Shown: one piece after another, positions 1-9,218 of the stretch
Layout of the letters: every line of letters starts with the position of its first letter
How positions within the stretch are numbered: position 1 is the stretch's first letter
From: Candidatus Latescibacterota bacterium
GTDB lineage: Bacteria > Latescibacterota > UBA2968
Reading direction: 5' to 3'
Length of the DNA stretch: 64,000 nucleotides
Assembly: GCA_965204745.1 (NCBI GenBank)
Contig: OZ242010.1
Coordinates: 4,352,001-4,416,000 of the forward strand
Program-made: the position numbers and the translations under genes
Notes under the pieces: generated by a model
What the model saw: the letters and a program-made list of their open reading frames with translations, nothing else
The model's database searches: none
What the model was told of the DNA's origin: nothing

Positions 1-286
1 GCACTTTGATCCCGGGAAAGCCCTCGGGATCTGTGGCGGCACAGGGAATCCCGCCGATGGTGTCTTTGATGTCGTCGCCGGTGACGACGGCCTTGACGCC
101 GGGCAAATTTTGAGCCGCGGCTGTGTCGATGGCATTGATGCGCGCATGGGCATAAGGGCTTCGCAAAATTGCCACATGCAAGGTATCGGGCAATTTAATG
201 TCATCGACGTAGTGCGCGAGGCCCTGGATCAATCGGGGGTCTTCGCGGCGCTTGATGCGGGCGCCGACGGTTTTGCTAACTGGCAT
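1..286 (-). CDS. Molybdopterin-binding large subunit, xanthine dehydrogenase/aerobic CO dehydrogenase (CoxL/CutL) family; 5' part only, runs off the window
   Basis: Manual translation from ATG 286: MPVSKTVGARIKRREDPRLIQGLAHYVDDIKLPDTLHVAILRSPYAHARI..., the typical family N-terminus. GGAGG RBS; directly downstream of the 2Fe-2S gene. Active-site motif is outside the window. Confidence 0.85.
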   Translation of the reverse strand, partial: MPVSKTVGARIKRREDPRLIQGLAHYVDDIKLPDTLHVAILRSPYAHARINAIDTAAAQNLPGVKAVVTGDDIKDTIGGIPCAATDPEGFPGIKV

Positions 287-298
287 GGGCGGCCTCCT

Positions 299-763
299 CT
301 AGGCGGTCATTTTCTCTGCGGCGTATTGCACCGCATCGACGATGTGTTGATAGCCAGTGCAGCGGCAATAATTGCCTTCGATGCCGCGGCGGATATCGGC
401 TTCGCTGGGTTTGGGATTGCGTTGCAAAAGCTGGTGCGCGGCGATGATCATGCCCGGGGTGCAAAAACCGCACTGCAAGCCGTGGCATTCCCAGAAGCCT
501 TCCTGAATGGGGTGCAATTCGCCGTTTTGAGCCAACCCCTCAATGGTGGTGATTTCAGCACCGTGGGCCTGCACTGCCAAAACCGTACACGCTTTGACGG
601 CCTCGCCATTGAGCATCACGCTGCACGCGCCACACAAGCTGGTTTCGCAGCCTACATGGGTGCCGGTCAAGCCGACGACTTCGCGCAAGAAGTGGACGAG
701 CAACATCCGGGGTTCGACATCGTGGCGTTGACGCTCTCCGTTGACTGTGACTTCAATTTTCAC
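299..763 (-). CDS. coxS: (2Fe-2S)-binding small subunit, CoxS/CutS family
   Basis: [10 protein letters not shown] and QCGFCTPG...CRCTGY motifs for two [2Fe-2S] clusters. Confidence 0.85.
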   Translation of the reverse strand: MKIEVTVNGERQRHDVEPRMLLVHFLREVVGLTGTHVGCETSLCGACSVMLNGEAVKACTVLAVQAHGAEITTIEGLAQNGELHPIQEGFWECHGLQCGFCTPGMIIAAHQLLQRNPKPSEADIRRGIEGNYCRCTGYQHIVDAVQYAAEKMTA

Positions 764-869
764 GAGCGCGCCTCCTTTGAGAAGGGATGAATGAACACGT
801 CTGAAGGGGCGACAGTATATGGAGCATCGAGCCGAGATGCAAATAGTTTCTTGGGTGTATGAGATGAGG

Positions 870-1464
870 TTATTTTTTCGACGTTACTTACAGATTAGCA
901 AATGTGTTGCTTGCTCATTTAAGGCGTTTGGTCCTTTGATGGCTTCTCGCTCTGGTTGCTCTGATGGCGTTGACCGAGGGGACCTATCCCCCGGCCCCTT
1001 TCCTGCGAGGAAAGGGGAGTAAAGCACCTTTGATGGCTTAGGTTGCTCTGATGGCATTGCGCGAGGGGACCTATCCCCCGGCCCCTTTCCTACGAGGAAA
1101 GGGGAGTAAAGCACCTTTGATGGCTTCTCGCTCTGGTTGCTCTGATGGCGTTGACCGAGGGGACCTATCCCCCGGCCCCTTTCCTACGAGGAAAGGGGAG
1201 TAAAGCACCTTTGATGGCTTCTCGCTCTGGTTGCTCTGATGGCGTTGACCGAGGGCATAAAGCGATTAAAAATCCCTCATCAATCCCCTCGCAAAACCGC
1301 TCACAGTTCCCCCCTTCCTCGCAGGAAGGGGGGTTAGGGGGGTAGGTCCCGATAAGGCGCGACTATTCCAGTTTCTCAAACCGAGAGCATATTCTGCGAT
1401 ATGCCTTGATTTTTTCGATAAACTGCTCAAGCCAGTTGCTTTGCTCGTAAATGTCAACACAACC
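870..1464 (-). mobile_element. IS5-derived MITE, copy 1 (one TIR kept), with an expanded internal REP-like hairpin array
   Basis: Collinear with 16960-17375. TIR GGTTGTGTTGACATTT ends at 1464 with TA at 1465-1466. Minus strand encodes an IS5-like transposase tail (EQSNWLEQFIEKIKAYRRICSRFEKLE*). Similarity stops near 870 with no second TIR. Confidence 0.7.
935..1350. repeat. Tandem ~88-93 bp units, each with the hairpin GACCTATCCCCCGGCCCCTTTCCT(A/G)CGAGGAAAGGGGAG, plus one inverted variant
   Basis: Units at ~981, ~1068 and ~1162; inverted copy at ~1308-1350; near-identical linkers. Confidence 0.9.
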
Positions 1465-1530
1465 TACTGACTACTGATTGCGGTGGATGGGCGGGGGCTG
1501 ACTACTGACCACTGACTACTGACTACTGAT
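1465..1530. repeat. Heptamer tract (CTACTGA/CCACTGA)n
   Basis: Direct reading; contains the stop codon of the S8 peptidase gene. Confidence 0.85.
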
Positions 1531-4500
1531 TTTGGAATTGACGCTGAGGCCATAGAGACGGGCGAATGTGAGAAAGTCCGGGAAATTGACGACGCCATCG
1601 CCATCGAAATCAAAGGTGGGATCGGGGGTTTGAAAGGCGCGGGCAAAGGCGAGGAAATCCAGGAAGTCGATTACCCCGTTGCCATCTGCGTCTGCGCGTG
1701 CGAGCAGGCTCGGATCGCGGATATCTGTGAGGGTCGTCTGCCCGAGGGGGGTGCCGGTCGCGTCGGAGGCGTTGAGAATGGCGAGGGTGTACGGCGTGGG
1801 CAAGCGCGTTGGGAAGGACAGAACCGCGCGGGTATTTTGGCGATCCAAGATGACGGAGGTGGGTTGGCCCATCCCGGCGAGCAAATAGGCCGAGGGCCGG
1901 GCCGCATCCGCGCTCATGGCTTCGGAAAAGAAGAGCTGGATCTGATCGTCCGATAGAGTTTCGCAACGCACCACCTCGGGCCGGGCATTGGGGATGAGGG
2001 ATACGATGCCCGAGCGCAAGTCCGCATCGGCGATAGCGACGATCTGATAGCGATAGTTCTCGCCTTCGGTGAGCAACTCGTCGATGTACGCGGTGCGGTC
2101 ATGGATTTCATCGAAATTGACCAGCGCGCCTTCTCTGCCCACAGCGCGGTAGATCTGGTAAGCAGACGCATCGGGCACGGGCATCCAGTTGAGTTCAACG
2201 CGGGTCGGACCAAGGGCACGGGCGCGAATGATCTGCGGGGAGGGGACCGAGGCCGGAGGGGCATCGCGTTCGACGATGTGAACCGCGCCATCACAATTGT
2301 GAACCGCGCCATCACAATTAAAAAGCACTTCGCTGTGAAAATCCCCGTCCAAATCCGCGATGAGCGGGCGGTACGTCACCCCTACGGGCGAATGCCAGAA
2401 CGGCCGATAGCGATTGGGCGCGTCTGCGCGAAAAGCGTAGAGCTGGGGGGGCGTGCAAACGAGCAGATCGGACAGGCCATCCCCATCGACATCCCCAGTG
2501 GCGATCCCAGGCCCCGTGATCGCCACGCCGTTGATCCGCACAGCCCATTCGGGGGCAAACCCATTGGCACTCGCGCTGTAAATCTCCAATTCCCAAAAGC
2601 CATTGAAGGGATTAGTGTCGTCTTCATAAGCGCGGGCGACGGCAAATTCGATTACCCCGTCAGCGTCCAAATCCGCGCCACCGCCGATCCAACGCGCGTC
2701 TCCGGTCCCGTGTTCGAGCCAAGTCTGATCATATCTTCCCGCGCGGTATTCGTACATCCACAAGTCGCCAGCTTCGTCGCCGGTGAGGATTTCCCGGTGC
2801 CCGTTGTTGTCAAAATCCGCGACCACAAAGCGCGTGCCGGGCACGCCTCCGTCCGGCGAGGGATCGCGCAGAAAATCATCGCGGGTCTCGCCGCCGACAT
2901 AGCGAATGACGCGGATGCCGCGCCGCGTGCCTGCGATGATATCCGGGATCCTGTCGCCATCCACATCGGCAAACTGCCCGCCGGACAGGTCGCGCCATTC
3001 GTACTCTAAGCGCGTGGGATAGGGATTGGCGGCCGTGCCGGTCAAGAGCCGGAGACCCAGCGAGACCCCGCCCAAGAGGTCGTCGCGTCCATCGTCGTTA
3101 AAATCGCCGATAGCCTGCGGCGTAAAATGCTCCTCGGTTTGAAAGACATCGGAAAACGCGCCATTCAGTTCGTAAATGTGGACCGGGCCGAAGGGCGCGC
3201 CGCTGATGTAGGGCATGAGCGCGATTTCGGGTTTGCCATCGCGGTCGAAATCCGAGGCGCGGTCCGGCAAATAGCCATCGGGCAAGGTGCCGATTTTTGA
3301 AAAGCCATTTTGCGGGATGCGAAACGGGACGTAGTCAAATGCGCGGGCGGGTTCAATGGTGCGGGCACCATTTTCCCCGTCTGCGAGGATGTGGTATGTC
3401 ACCGCGCCTGCGGGCAAGGTGTGGGGCAAGACGACTCGGTGCTTGGTTTGCACGAGGCCGGTGTAGATCGTATCGACATCCGCGCCCAGGCGATAGGCCA
3501 TGCCCCCGTGGGCGCGTTGGTCCGTTTCCCAGCGGCATTCAAAAACTCGGCGGTCCGCCTCCAACACGTCGCCGCAGACGAGGTTTGTGATCGCGGGGCC
3601 GGTTTTCTGAATGGCAACGCGCACGCGGTCTTCGATGATCCCGCCGTCTGACAAATCCGCTTCGAGGCGCAAAACAGCGGCGGTTTGTGGGAAGTCGGAC
3701 ACGTCCCATGCATGGCGGATGGACGCGGATGGCGAACCCGATGCGAGGCGCGTCCAGTTTGACGGGTCGTGGCCCAAGCCGTAGGACAGGCGATACCCGG
3801 TTGGTTGCACGCCGCTAACAGTGGCGCGAATGTCGAACGCGGCGTCCGCGCCCTGATCGTTGTCGGGCGATAGGATGGCGACGGTCAGGGAATCGAATGT
3901 GCCCAGGCGAGCGGCGAGGCTGTCTCCGCTCACGCGCCCGGCGCCATGGCGATTGTAATTCCACGGTTCCTTGAGGTCAACAGCAGACGCGATGAGCAAC
4001 CCGCGGACGGATTGGGGCGAAAGTTCGGGCCGCCGCGAGAGGATGAGGGCGACCAAACCGGCAACATGGGGCGCGGAGAACGAGGTGCCAGAGGCCGTGC
4101 GATACTGGTTGTTGAGGGACGTAGTGAGCACGCGGAAGCCCGGCGCGACGAGATCGAGCGCGGCCCCTCTGCTGCTGAACGATGCCAGATAATCCTCGTG
4201 GTCTGTCGCGCCTATGGCGAGGGTCGCGTGATGCGCCGCGGGATAGGCCAAGGGGCCAGCCGAGTTGCCCGCAGAGGAGACGAGCACAACGCCCATCGCG
4301 TGCGCGTAGTGGAGGATGTCGCTCAAGACGAATGTGCGCTCCTCCCCGCCCCAACTCATGTTGATCACCTGCGCGCCGTTTTCCACGGCGTAGAGAATCG
4401 CCGCGGCGAGATCGTCTTCTTCCAAAAAACTACCGCCGCCGCCTTCGATCCGGTTCAGGCCAGCGCGCAGGGCCATGAGTTGTGCGTCCGGCGCGATGCC

Positions 4501-5214
4501 CGCGATACCCACCTCGTTATTTGTCGTGGCTGCGACAATGCCCGCGACGCGTGTTCCATGCGAGGATTCATCGCGGGGGTCGTTGTCCCGGTCGAGGTAA
4601 TCGCCCCTGCCTGGCACGCCCGGTGCATGGGTAAAATCCCATCCTCTGATGTCGTCGATGTACCCGTTGTCGTCGTCGTCAACCCCCTGTGTGCCGCGCA
4701 ATTCTGCGTCATTGTGCCAAATATTATCGCGGAGGTCTTCGTGGTCGTAATCTATGCCGGAGTCGATGATTGCGACGACGATTTGTTTTTTCATCGGGCC
4801 GAGGGACTGGTGCAGGGTTTCCCAACCGAGGGTTTGGAGACTTCGTTGCGCGTCGTAGCGCGGGTCATTGGATTGGTGCGTGAATATATGATTGGGCTGG
4901 GCATAGACCACGTCTGGGCGCGATGCGTAATCGGCTGCGGCTACCGCTGGGTCGCCGGACAGGTGAACGCGATATACGCCCATCAGGGGATGGGGATGCG
5001 CGGCTTTGGCACTCCTCGGCGCGAACAGGGGTTCGATCCGGGTCGCGCCATGGTGGTCGGACATGGCTGGCCCGAGAGCCGGCTTCGCGTTGCGGAACTT
5101 GACGAGAATTTGGCCGGGCGAATAATCGGGTTGCGCGTGTGCTATGTGGGAAAGACAAAGCGCAAAGGTGCAAAGTGCAACGCGCCACCGAGTAGGAGGA
5201 TGTGTGTAGGACAA
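1516..5214 (-). CDS. Secreted S8 (subtilisin-family) serine peptidase with FG-GAP/VCBS-like repeats, an Fn3-like domain and a C-terminal dockerin-like (paired EF-hand) module
   Basis: Catalytic motifs IIDSGID, HGTRVAG, GTSFSAPHVAG; several DFD/DVDGDG repeats; C-terminal ADADGNGVIDFLDF...DFDGDGVVNFPDF. Start chosen as TTG 5214 (AGGA upstream, signal peptide ending IAHA); the ORF is open to 5331. Confidence 0.88.
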   Translation of the reverse strand: MSYTHPPTRWRVALCTFALCLSHIAHAQPDYSPGQILVKFRNAKPALGPAMSDHHGATRIEPLFAPRSAKAAHPHPLMGVYRVHLSGDPAVAAADYASRPDVVYAQPNHIFTHQSNDPRYDAQRSLQTLGWETLHQSLGPMKKQIVVAIIDSGIDYDHEDLRDNIWHNDAELRGTQGVDDDDNGYIDDIRGWDFTHAPGVPGRGDYLDRDNDPRDESSHGTRVAGIVAATTNNEVGIAGIAPDAQLMALRAGLNRIEGGGGSFLEEDDLAAAILYAVENGAQVINMSWGGEERTFVLSDILHYAHAMGVVLVSSAGNSAGPLAYPAAHHATLAIGATDHEDYLASFSSRGAALDLVAPGFRVLTTSLNNQYRTASGTSFSAPHVAGLVALILSRRPELSPQSVRGLLIASAVDLKEPWNYNRHGAGRVSGDSLAARLGTFDSLTVAILSPDNDQGADAAFDIRATVSGVQPTGYRLSYGLGHDPSNWTRLASGSPSASIRHAWDVSDFPQTAAVLRLEADLSDGGIIEDRVRVAIQKTGPAITNLVCGDVLEADRRVFECRWETDQRAHGGMAYRLGADVDTIYTGLVQTKHRVVLPHTLPAGAVTYHILADGENGARTIEPARAFDYVPFRIPQNGFSKIGTLPDGYLPDRASDFDRDGKPEIALMPYISGAPFGPVHIYELNGAFSDVFQTEEHFTPQAIGDFNDDGRDDLLGGVSLGLRLLTGTAANPYPTRLEYEWRDLSGGQFADVDGDRIPDIIAGTRRGIRVIRYVGGETRDDFLRDPSPDGGVPGTRFVVADFDNNGHREILTGDEAGDLWMYEYRAGRYDQTWLEHGTGDARWIGGGADLDADGVIEFAVARAYEDDTNPFNGFWELEIYSASANGFAPEWAVRINGVAITGPGIATGDVDGDGLSDLLVCTPPQLYAFRADAPNRYRPFWHSPVGVTYRPLIADLDGDFHSEVLFNCDGAVHNCDGAVHIVERDAPPASVPSPQIIRARALGPTRVELNWMPVPDASAYQIYRAVGREGALVNFDEIHDRTAYIDELLTEGENYRYQIVAIADADLRSGIVSLIPNARPEVVRCETLSDDQIQLFFSEAMSADAARPSAYLLAGMGQPTSVILDRQNTRAVLSFPTRLPTPYTLAILNASDATGTPLGQTTLTDIRDPSLLARADADGNGVIDFLDFLAFARAFQTPDPTFDFDGDGVVNFPDFLTFARLYGLSVNSKISSQ

Positions 5215-5479
5215 GGTAGAATCCTGGCGGTTAGTGGTCAGTGGTTGGGTCGTGTTGACATCCAGCATTCTCGCTTTTGCTACCACGCTCATCTTATTCA
5301 CGGACGTTCCGCAGTTCAAAGAAGGCATCACAACAAGTACCCTCGCAAAACACCATCAGCTAAAGCCATCAGGCACAGCGCGCAAGGCCGTCTCGCAACC
5401 CACATCCATGTAGCAACCCACTTTGCAGGCTGGCGCATGTCGTTCTGTTACAAAAGCGATTTGCGCTGTGCAAGCCCCT

Positions 5480-5640
5480 CGGCGTTTGAGAGCGGCATTT
5501 TTTGCTTACTTTTTTTTGCTGTTGAAAAAAAGTAAGTCGCCGAAGGGATCGAAGGCAACCAACGAGGCTGTAGGACCAAACGCCTTAAATCAGCAAGCAA
5601 CACATTTGCTAAATTTCGGCGCAAGCGCAAGCATAACGTA
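5480..5640. repeat. Hairpin repeat remnant plus a segment shared with the IS5-MITE
   Basis: GCTTACTTTTTTTTGCTGTTGAAAAAAAGTAAGT hairpin. GACCAAACGCCTTAAAT(C/G)AGCAAG..CAACACATTTGCTA also occurs at ~17295-17335 and, reverse-complemented, at ~896-933. Confidence 0.55.
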
Positions 5641-5669
5641 AGTAATCCAGTGACTTTTTATTGTTGCGT

Positions 5670-6851
5670 CTATCTGTGTTCATCTGTGGTTGTTTGTTGC
5701 CTTTCTTTTTCTGAAGGCAGAAGCGCGACCAGCAGCGCGGCGGGGATGAGCAGGAGCGAGACAGCGGTGAGGGCGATGGGGGTGGATGTCCAGTCGGCGA
5801 GGTAGCCTACGGGTAGTATGATGAGGCCCGCGATGCTCCATGAGAAGCCCATCATCAAACCGGTTGCAGTACCCGTGTTGTGCGGCAAGGCGCGTTGGGC
5901 GAGGGAGATGTTCGTGGTGATGCCGAGGTCGTACAAAAACCCGGCCACAAAGAACGCGATGAGCGATAGGTAGCCATCTGTGAGGCAAAATACCATGTGA
6001 AAAATTGCGGATGACGCGCAGGAAAAGGCGAGGAGTTTGCGCGGAGACATGCGGTCTGCCAGATAGCCGCCCGTGATGCGGCCCAAGGTGCTGGCGAGCA
6101 AGTACCCGGAAAAGACCCAACCGATGAAGACCGTTGACCAGCCGCGAGACGCGCCCAAGATGGCCGTGAAATTGACAAAGCCCGTGTGGATGATGGAGCG
6201 CAATACGCTGATGGCGAAGAGCGTCCACAGGGTGCGGATTTTGGACTGGACGGAAAAGTCGATTTTGCCAGCGGCGATGCGGCGTTCATCGCGCGGGATT
6301 TTTCGCGCTTGGCGCAGGATCATGGGCGTGAGAATGAGGACCGGGATGCCGATGAGCCACAGGTATTCAATGCCGTATCGCGCCACGATTTGCGTGCCGG
6401 CAAGGGCCGCGATGGTCATGCCCAGGGTGCCGCCCGTGAGGAAAATCGCCATGGACAGATTCGCACGGCGCGGCGCCAATGCCGTGACCAATCCGCCGGC
6501 GGTGGGGTGAAAGAGAGACGACCCAAAGGAGGCGAAGATGAGAAACACCGCGAGGATGTACGCACTCGGGGAGAAGCCGATGCAGGAGACGAAAACCCCG
6601 CTGACAAAAAGCCCCAGCGCGACGAGTGCCATGCGGTCGCGCCCATCGCTAAAGTAGCCCATGAAGGGCTGTGCAACCGACCCGCAAAAGACGATGACCG
6701 TGGGCAAGTAGGCGAACTGCGCCACCGTGAGATTGAAATGCCCTTGAAAAAACGCCCACAATGGCGGGGTGAGGGTCATGTAAAAATCCAACGCCATGTG
6801 CGCGGCGGTGACGTAAAAAACCGGGCGAAGCGGTGTGCGGGAAGTAGGCAT
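5670..6851 (-). CDS. MFS transporter (Fsr/fosmidomycin-resistance-like)
   Basis: ~12 hydrophobic segments; QPFMGYFSDG, SSLFHP and GGYLADR motifs. Start at ATG 6851; the upstream ORF extension is translated heptamer repeat. Confidence 0.85.
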   Translation of the reverse strand: MPTSRTPLRPVFYVTAAHMALDFYMTLTPPLWAFFQGHFNLTVAQFAYLPTVIVFCGSVAQPFMGYFSDGRDRMALVALGLFVSGVFVSCIGFSPSAYILAVFLIFASFGSSLFHPTAGGLVTALAPRRANLSMAIFLTGGTLGMTIAALAGTQIVARYGIEYLWLIGIPVLILTPMILRQARKIPRDERRIAAGKIDFSVQSKIRTLWTLFAISVLRSIIHTGFVNFTAILGASRGWSTVFIGWVFSGYLLASTLGRITGGYLADRMSPRKLLAFSCASSAIFHMVFCLTDGYLSLIAFFVAGFLYDLGITTNISLAQRALPHNTGTATGLMMGFSWSIAGLIILPVGYLADWTSTPIALTAVSLLLIPAALLVALLPSEKERQQTTTDEHR

Positions 6852-6854
6852 GGG

Positions 6855-7010
6855 CGTAAGACGCAAGAGGGGAGAGGCAAGAGGTGAGATGAAAGGCGTA
6901 AGAGGTGAGAGGCGAGAGGCGAGATGAAAGGCGTAAGAGGTGAGAGGCAAGAGGTGAGACAACCCCGCCGCCATTAACCGTAGGGACAGGCACAGGGGCC
7001 TGTCCCCGAA
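6855..7010. repeat. Purine-rich heptamer tract (GAGGCAA/GAGGTGA variants) followed by a GTAG-type REP-like hairpin
   Basis: Direct reading; CGTAGGGACAGGCACAGGGGCCTGTCCCC at ~6979-7007. Confidence 0.8.
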
Positions 7011-7101
7011 TAACGCCTATACAAAGGCGAAATGTAATACCAATTTGATTTTATATTTTTTCTCCAGCCCTAGGCTCTCAAGCGGTGATGGTTCCGCGCC
7101 T

Positions 7102-8508
7102 CTAAGGCCAATCGCCGGTTACTTCTTGAAACGGTGCCACGGGTTCAAATGGTTCAGCGTAGTCCCCGCCGTTGTGGCTGTGTTCGCAGGAACGTAGCCA
7201 GTCGCGCAGGGTTTCTCGCGTTTGCCCCAATCGCTCGCGTTGTCGCGCCGCCAAATTGGTGGTCTCGGCGCGATCTGCGAGCATATCAAAGCACAAATCC
7301 TCGCGGCCATCGGGCGACAGATTGGTCAAACACTTGTACCGATTGTCGATCATCGCAATGGTCGGCGCGTCAAACATCGACGCCTTTGAGCTGATAAACC
7401 GATAGGGAATCGGCATCGGACGCTCGGTCATCTCGCCCGCGATCAACGGTAGCAAACTCGTCCCATCAATGGGCCGATCATCCGGCATCTCATAGCCCAT
7501 CACCTCGGCTATCGTGGGAAAATAATCCAGCGTGCTGCACGGCATATCCACCACGCGCTCGGCCGCGGCAACCCCCGGCCAGTGCAACAGCGCGGGCACG
7601 CCCACGCCGCCATCAAACAAAGACCGCTTTCGCCCGCGCAAGCCGCCCGTGGATCCCCGATGGCGACCACTTTCACCCGTCCTGCCTTCCGGCCCATTGT
7701 CCGAACAAAACCAAATCATCGTATTCTGCGCCACGCCCAATGCCTCTAGCGTCCGATACAACCGCCCGACCTGATCATCCACCGCCGTGACACAGCCGTA
7801 ATAATGTTGCTCGTCCTCGCTGTATGCCGCGTACATCGCCCGGTATTCCGGCCCGGCAACCACCGGGGCGTGCGGCGCGTGAAACCAGATCGTCGCAAAA
7901 AATGGCGCGCCATTTGCCACGGCCTTTTCGACAAATGGAATCGCCCGATCCATCAACACCCGCGAATCGCACCCGGATAAATTCTCCGTTGCCAAGTCGC
8001 CATTTTCGTAATACGGCGACGCCCACGCCCGATCCAACCGTTGCCCGGTCTTTTGGTCGATGTCTCGCGTCGGATCCCAAGTCGGCACCGCGTATTCAGT
8101 CGCAAAAGACACATCGTAATCGCGTTCCCACGGCGGCGCGTAATTGCGCGCGGGGTCGCGGTTGGCCTTGCCCGAATAATTCGCATTTAGCGTGCCCAGA
8201 TGCCACTTGCCAAAATGCCCGGTGGCGTATCCGCGTGATTTCAGCATCCGCGCCAGCGTGATCTCCTGCGCCGGCAAGTGCCCGCGATTGGCATGCGTGA
8301 TGCCGTATCGAAAATAATGCCGCCCGGTCAAGCATGTCCCCCGGGTTGGCGAACACACCGGCCCGCCCGCGTAAAACCGCGTGAACCGAATCCCCTGTTG
8401 CGCCAGACGATCCAAATTCGGCGTCTCGATCACCGCATTCCCATTAAACCCCACATCCCCATATCCGAGATCATCGCACATCATCATAATAATATTCGGC
8501 TCATTCAT
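7102..8508 (-). CDS. Formylglycine-dependent sulfatase (Cys type)
   Basis: PNIIMMMCDDLGYGD, CSPTR, GKWHLG and SDNG motifs; ATG 8508 overlaps the cupin stop (ATGA). Confidence 0.92.
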   Translation of the reverse strand: MNEPNIIMMMCDDLGYGDVGFNGNAVIETPNLDRLAQQGIRFTRFYAGGPVCSPTRGTCLTGRHYFRYGITHANRGHLPAQEITLARMLKSRGYATGHFGKWHLGTLNANYSGKANRDPARNYAPPWERDYDVSFATEYAVPTWDPTRDIDQKTGQRLDRAWASPYYENGDLATENLSGCDSRVLMDRAIPFVEKAVANGAPFFATIWFHAPHAPVVAGPEYRAMYAAYSEDEQHYYGCVTAVDDQVGRLYRTLEALGVAQNTMIWFCSDNGPEGRTGESGRHRGSTGGLRGRKRSLFDGGVGVPALLHWPGVAAAERVVDMPCSTLDYFPTIAEVMGYEMPDDRPIDGTSLLPLIAGEMTERPMPIPYRFISSKASMFDAPTIAMIDNRYKCLTNLSPDGREDLCFDMLADRAETTNLAARQRERLGQTRETLRDWLRSCEHSHNGGDYAEPFEPVAPFQEVTGDWP

Positions 8509-8987
8509 CGAAAACACGCTCCTTTTGGATCGGGGTGGATCGGATCGACCCAATACACTTCTTCGGGTTCTTCGACAACCGGAATATCCAAATTGACCAC
8601 CACAGGCTCTTGATCGCTCCGCACCAACACGCATTCCAAGGGTTCATCCGCGCTGGCATTGATCTCTTGATGCGGCACGTAGGGCGGCACGTAAATAAAA
8701 TCACCCGGGCCCGCTTCTGCCATGTACTCCAACTGCTCGCCCCAGCGCATGCGCGCTTTGCCGCGCACCACGTAGATCACGCTCTCCGATGCCCCGTGAT
8801 GATGCGCCCCGGTCTTTGCGTTGGGATGGATTTCAACCGTCCCCGCCCAGAGCTTTTCTGCCCCTGCGCTTGCGCGATTGATCGCCGCGGCGCGCGTCAT
8901 CCCCGGCGTCTGTGGCGTATTCAAATCCAACCGATCTCCCGTCACCACGCGCACCCCGCAATCGCGCCAGTCCTTTTTGTCGTCCAT
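8505..8987 (-). CDS. Cupin-domain protein
   Basis: GAHHHGASESVIYVVRG and GDFIYVPPYVPHQEIN cupin motifs; GGAG RBS. Confidence 0.88.
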   Translation of the reverse strand: MDDKKDWRDCGVRVVTGDRLDLNTPQTPGMTRAAAINRASAGAEKLWAGTVEIHPNAKTGAHHHGASESVIYVVRGKARMRWGEQLEYMAEAGPGDFIYVPPYVPHQEINASADEPLECVLVRSDQEPVVVNLDIPVVEEPEEVYWVDPIHPDPKGACFR

Positions 8988-9084
8988 AACTCCTCCAAAT
9001 AGTTGTTCAGGATTTCATGCGACATCGGGCAGACTTTTCTCTAATTTTCTGACGGAACTCCAAGTAGTAGCGATAATCGTTCGC

Positions 9085-9218
9085 CCTCCCCTCTTGCGTC
9101 TCACCTCTTACGTCTCCCCTCTTGCGTCTCACCTCTTACGTCTCCCCTCTTGCGTCTCACCTCTTACGTCTCCCCTCTTACGTCTCACCTCTTACGTCTC
9201 CCCTCTTACGTCTCACCT
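9085..9218. repeat. 14-bp (2x7) tandem tract CCTCTT(A/G)CGTCTC(A/C), about nine units
   Basis: Direct reading; contains the purB stop and perfect CCCCTCTTAC words (9172-9181, 9200-9209). Confidence 0.92.

Noticed and set aside
1-763. Calling a bona fide CO dehydrogenase
   Set aside because: The diagnostic large-subunit active-site motif and the FAD subunit are outside the window; only the family can be stated.
935-1350. CRISPR array (palindromic ~38-bp repeats at regular spacing; also 20515-21190)
   Set aside because: The intervening sequences are near-identical rather than unique spacers, some units are inverted, and there are no cas genes. This fits REP/BIME-like repeats.
3946-5535. Long antisense ORFs (e.g. 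3946-5535, 17524-18792, 25169-26797, 32294-33577, 39362-40576, 57661-58809)
   Set aside because: They lie opposite well-supported genes and carry no motifs; expected shadows of high-GC codon usage.
6852-6974. N-terminal extensions rich in L/S/P (MFS, lipoprotein 16853-16936) and SVVSCQL-repeat ORFs near 36200
   Set aside because: These are translations of heptamer tracts, not protein sequence.
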